DNA of 1,859 nucleotides from Escherichia coli (GTDB lineage Bacteria; Pseudomonadota; Gammaproteobacteria; Enterobacterales; Enterobacteriaceae): NCBI RefSeq assembly GCF_003334815.1, contig NZ_QOWO01000091.1; one strand, 5' to 3'. Shown piece by piece: positions 1 to 1,859 of this stretch (position 1 is its first letter; each line of letters starts with the position of its first letter). The notes under the pieces were generated by a model. It saw only the letters and a program-made list of their open reading frames with translations, ran no database searches and was not told where the DNA came from. The position numbers and the translations under genes were made by a program.

Positions 1-188
1 GGTCCCTCCTTCCCGTCTGCCGTGATTTTCCGGTCGTTCACCCGCTCAGATTTCGCGGTCTCACCCTCCAACTCCCGCCAGCCGTGTGCGTCAGGCTGCG
101 GCTTCCCTTGCGCCCTGTGCATCCCCGCCTTATCGCCCGGCTTTTATGGAGGCACGGCACCGCCCGGTGCCGCAGAACATGTGACTAT

Positions 189-194
189 GGAGGA
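189..194 (+). promoter_or_regulatory. ardA: Shine-Dalgarno site of ardA
   Basis: GGAGGA at 189..194, with the GGAGG core 8 nt upstream of the ATG at 202. Confidence 0.6.
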
Positions 195-201
195 TTCGGG
201 A

Positions 202-702
202 ATGTCTGTTGTTGCACCTGCTGTATACGTTGGAACCTGGCACAAATACAACTGTGGAAGCATCGCCGGACGCTGGTTTGACCTGACCACGTTTGATGAT
301 GAGCGCGACTTTTTCGCCGCCTGCCGTGCTCTTCACCAGGATGAAGCCGATCCTGAACTGATGTTTCAGGATTATGAGGGATTCCCGGGGAATATGGCCT
401 CTGAATGCCATATCAACTGGGCCTGGGTTGAAGGCTTCCGCCAGGCACGGGATGAAGGCTGCGAAGAGGCTTATCGTCTCTGGGTGGAGGATACCGGTGA
501 GACGGATTTTGACACCTTCCGCGATGCCTGGTGGGGCGAGGCTGACAGTGAGGAGGCTTTTGCGGTTGAGTTCGCCAGTGATACCGGCCTGCTGGCTGAC
601 GTGCCGGAGACGGTGGCGCTCTATTTTGACTATGAGGCGTATGCGCGGGATTTATTCCTGGACTCCTTCACCTTTATTGACGGTCATGTGTTCCGTCGGT
701 GA
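202..702 (+). CDS. ardA: Antirestriction protein ArdA (inhibitor of type I restriction-modification, DNA mimic)
   Basis: ATG at 202 to TGA at 700..702 gives 166 aa beginning [28 protein letters not shown] and ending FIDGHVFRR, which matches ArdA of ColIb-P9-type plasmids from memory, including its length. The protein is visibly acidic ([32 protein letters not shown]), as expected for a DNA mimic. GGAGG at 189..193 sits 8 nt upstream of the ATG. The track ORF 22..702 is the same frame extended back to a GTG; the extra 60 codons are low-complexity and not protein-like. Confidence 0.9.
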   Translation: MSVVAPAVYVGTWHKYNCGSIAGRWFDLTTFDDERDFFAACRALHQDEADPELMFQDYEGFPGNMASECHINWAWVEGFRQARDEGCEEAYRLWVEDTGETDFDTFRDAWWGEADSEEAFAVEFASDTGLLADVPETVALYFDYEAYARDLFLDSFTFIDGHVFRR

Positions 703-708
703 TTTACT

Positions 709-726
709 CCCCCGCTCCGGCGGGGG
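709..726 (+). other. GC-only hairpin 7 nt after the ardA stop; possible 3' stabilising stem-loop or weak terminator
   Basis: CCCCCGC (709..715) pairs perfectly with GCGGGGG (720..726) around loop TCCG: a 7-bp all-G:C stem. It is followed by TATGGCC, not a T-tract, so it is not a canonical intrinsic terminator. Confidence 0.3.
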
Positions 727-730
727 TATG

Positions 731-762
731 GCCTGCCAGGCCGCCGGAAAACCCTGGCAGGC
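731..762. repeat. Perfect 10-bp inverted repeat with 12-nt spacer
   Basis: GCCTGCCAGG (731..740) and CCTGGCAGGC (753..762) are exact reverse complements, separated by CCGCCGGAAAAC. Confidence 0.7.
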
Positions 763-943
763 TTACGCCTGCCTGAAATGCAGGAGGGCCGCGCCTGCGG
801 CGCTGCCCTTCCTGCCCGTCATGGTGTGAGGCATTTTTCTGTTATGTCGTTTCTGTTGTTCTGATTTCCGGAGGCGGGGACACCTTCGGCTCCCGGCTGC
901 CTGGCGGCATCCGGTCGTCAGGCCCGACTCCGACAGGCAGCTG

Positions 944-989
944 CTGGCGCACCCGCCAGTCTCCGCCGAACCCGCTGGCGCGGTTTCGG
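944..989. repeat. Two adjacent GC-rich hairpins
   Basis: CTGGCG (944..949) pairs with CGCCAG (954..959) around loop CACC. CCGAA (966..970) pairs with TTCGG (985..989), with an inner stem CCGC (972..975) / GCGG (980..983) and loop TGGC; one mismatch at 971/984. Confidence 0.55.
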
Positions 990-1029
990 GCTGCCGCTAC
1001 GGTCCGATGTCTGAAAAACCAGGCTTGCA

Positions 1030-1123
1030 GCGACCGTTCCGGTCGCGCCGCCCCTGTCGCGCCGGAAACGGCGCTCCCTGCACACCTGACGGTGTGTAAG
1101 GCCACTGCGCCTGATGGCGCAGT
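1030..1123. repeat. Tandem array of four perfect short hairpins
   Basis: Checked base by base: 1030..1036/1040..1046 (7 bp, loop TTC); 1059..1064/1069..1074 (6 bp, loop GAAA); 1081..1086/1091..1096 (6 bp, loop TGAC); 1104..1111/1116..1123 (8 bp, loop TGAT). Four consecutive stem-loops within 94 nt. Confidence 0.7.
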
Positions 1124-1229
1124 CAACCCTTCCGCCGCCACCCCTGCGGCCTGTTTCCCGCTGTGGACTTTCCGGGGGCTGGAGTAACCACATCCCGTTT
1201 CAGCAGTCCAGGGGAAGATATACCGTCCA

Positions 1230-1265
1230 CAAAATTTTTAGCCATAAACCCGGCAAAAAATTTTG
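1230..1265. repeat. AT-rich 10-bp inverted repeat embedded in GC-rich DNA
   Basis: CAAAATTTTT (1230..1239) is the exact reverse complement of AAAAATTTTG (1256..1265), with a 16-nt spacer AGCCATAAACCCGGCA. It is the only A/T-rich island in the spacer. Confidence 0.6.
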
Positions 1266-1416
1266 CGTCCGCCCCCGGACAGCTGCCCCGTGACGTGGTG
1301 ACGGACGCCCCATCGGAAAGGTCCACTGCGGGGAGAAACCCCGAAGAAGTGGACGGCAGAAGGGGCTTTCGCCCCTCCGGGGAGCAACCGGTCGGCCCGG
1401 CGACCTGATTCAGCAG

Positions 1417-1422
1417 AAGGAG
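1417..1422 (+). promoter_or_regulatory. Shine-Dalgarno site of downstream ORF
   Basis: AAGGAG at 1417..1422, 8 nt upstream of the ATG at 1431. Confidence 0.6.
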
Positions 1423-1430
1423 ACGTTTTC

Positions 1431-1859
1431 ATGACTGTCAGCAGCACGATTTCCGTTTTTTGCCGCGACGGGGTGTTCCGTACCGTTTACTGCCACCTGC
1501 ACGGTGAGCCGACCTGGAACGGTCGCATCCTGCATACCCACTATGCCACCGGTCAGCAGGCCGAAGCCCTGGTTGAACACGGTGATATCCGTTGCCTCGG
1601 TCCCCGTTGCGACAAACCCGCCGGGCATACGCTTCAGAACCCGGTGGACGGTGTGACGGCTTATTACGGACGTGACAGTGGTTTCCGGATGGATAGTGAG
1701 GCGCGTGAGTACCGTTCTTTCATGGAGGCTATTGCCACTGAAAGCACTGAAGAGGTGCGCTTCCATTATGTGTTCATCGACGGCTACTGGAAGGTGATGT
1801 ACCGCACGCCGGAAGGCTGGAAGATGAAAGCGCTCGCGCTGGCACTGCGTCGCTGTCCG
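1431..1859 (+). CDS. Hypothetical Cys/His-containing protein, 5' portion only (continues past window end)
   Basis: ATG at 1431 is preceded by AAGGAG at 1417..1422 with an 8-nt spacer. The frame is open for all 143 codons to the window end, translating MTVSSTISVFCRDGVFRTVYCHLHGEPTWNGRILHTHYATGQQAEALVEHGDIRCLGPRCDKPAGH... Composition is balanced and protein-like, unlike the Arg/Pro-rich ORFs in the spacer. Same strand as ardA. It is missing from the supplied track only because no stop codon lies within the window. I do not recognise the family. Confidence 0.7.
   Translation, partial: MTVSSTISVFCRDGVFRTVYCHLHGEPTWNGRILHTHYATGQQAEALVEHGDIRCLGPRCDKPAGHTLQNPVDGVTAYYGRDSGFRMDSEAREYRSFMEAIATESTEEVRFHYVFIDGYWKVMYRTPEGWKMKALALALRRCP

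Larger units (their letters stand above)
840..1416. promoter_or_regulatory. Candidate single-strand DNA promoter / ssi (Frpo-like) or structured leader upstream of the downstream ORF
   Basis: A long non-coding tract with no convincing ORF, GC-rich, with many 5-10 bp perfect stem-loops, between two co-oriented genes, one of which is the leading-region gene ardA. No convincing double-strand sigma70 -35/-10 pair is seen upstream of 1431. Assigned by context and structure, not by sequence identity to a known Frpo. Confidence 0.35.

Noticed and set aside
108-136. Possible sigma70 promoter TTGCGC (108..113), 17 bp, TATCGC (131..136) upstream of ardA
   Set aside because: The -10 candidate lacks the conserved final T and matches only 3 of 6 positions; too weak to call from sequence alone.
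22-201. N-terminal extension of the ardA frame (track ORF 22..702, starting at GTG 22)
   Set aside because: The frame is simply open from the window edge. The extra 60 residues ([40 protein letters not shown]) are low-complexity and not protein-like, there is no SD before position 22, and ATG 202 has a good SD and gives the known 166-aa ArdA length.
84-411. Small ORFs 84..281 (+) and 130..411 (-)
   Set aside because: They overlap ardA or its upstream region, have Cys/Arg-rich odd composition and no ribosome-binding sites; frame artefacts.
374-829. 151-aa + strand ORF overlapping ardA in another frame
   Set aside because: It lies almost entirely inside the well-supported ardA CDS, is Arg-rich with the composition typical of an off-frame read of GC-rich DNA, and has no SD.
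728-868. Short peptides from ATG 728 (33 aa) and ATG 778 (28 aa)
   Set aside because: No usable SD (G-run only 1 nt from ATG 728, nothing before ATG 778), and the sequences coincide with hairpin-forming DNA.
842-1408. ORFs inside the spacer (842..1141 -, 918..1193 -, 1123..1326 -, 1163..1408 +)
   Set aside because: All are Arg/Pro/Gly-rich low-complexity translations typical of GC-rich non-coding DNA, they overlap one another, and none has a convincing SD. A badly decayed pseudogene cannot be excluded without a homology search.
1410-1766. 118-aa minus-strand ORF antisense to the downstream gene
   Set aside because: The + strand frame starting at 1431 has a strong SD, is open to the window end and translates to a better-balanced protein; the minus ORF is the usual antisense shadow.
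1-1859. CRISPR array, tRNA/rRNA, or insertion-sequence ends
   Set aside because: No regularly spaced direct repeats, no cloverleaf-compatible segment, and no long terminal inverted repeats or transposase-like ORF; the inverted repeats seen are short local hairpins.

Overview
The window reads as part of a conjugative-plasmid leading region of enterobacterial type. It holds one complete gene, ardA (202..702, + strand, 166 aa), which I recognise by recall as the ColIb-P9/IncI1-type antirestriction DNA-mimic protein. Downstream is a 728-bp non-coding spacer (703..1430) that is unusually GC-rich and packed with short perfect hairpins. After it comes the 5' part of a second + strand gene (1431..1859, runs off the window, absent from the supplied ORF track because it has no stop), which I do not recognise. 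The most interesting signals are the structured spacer, which could be a single-strand (Frpo/ssi-like) promoter or priming element, and the unrecognised Cys/His-containing ORF sitting right behind a known anti-defence gene. No rRNA, tRNA, CRISPR array or transposon hallmark is visible. All structure calls are by-eye base pairing; no folding or database search was run.
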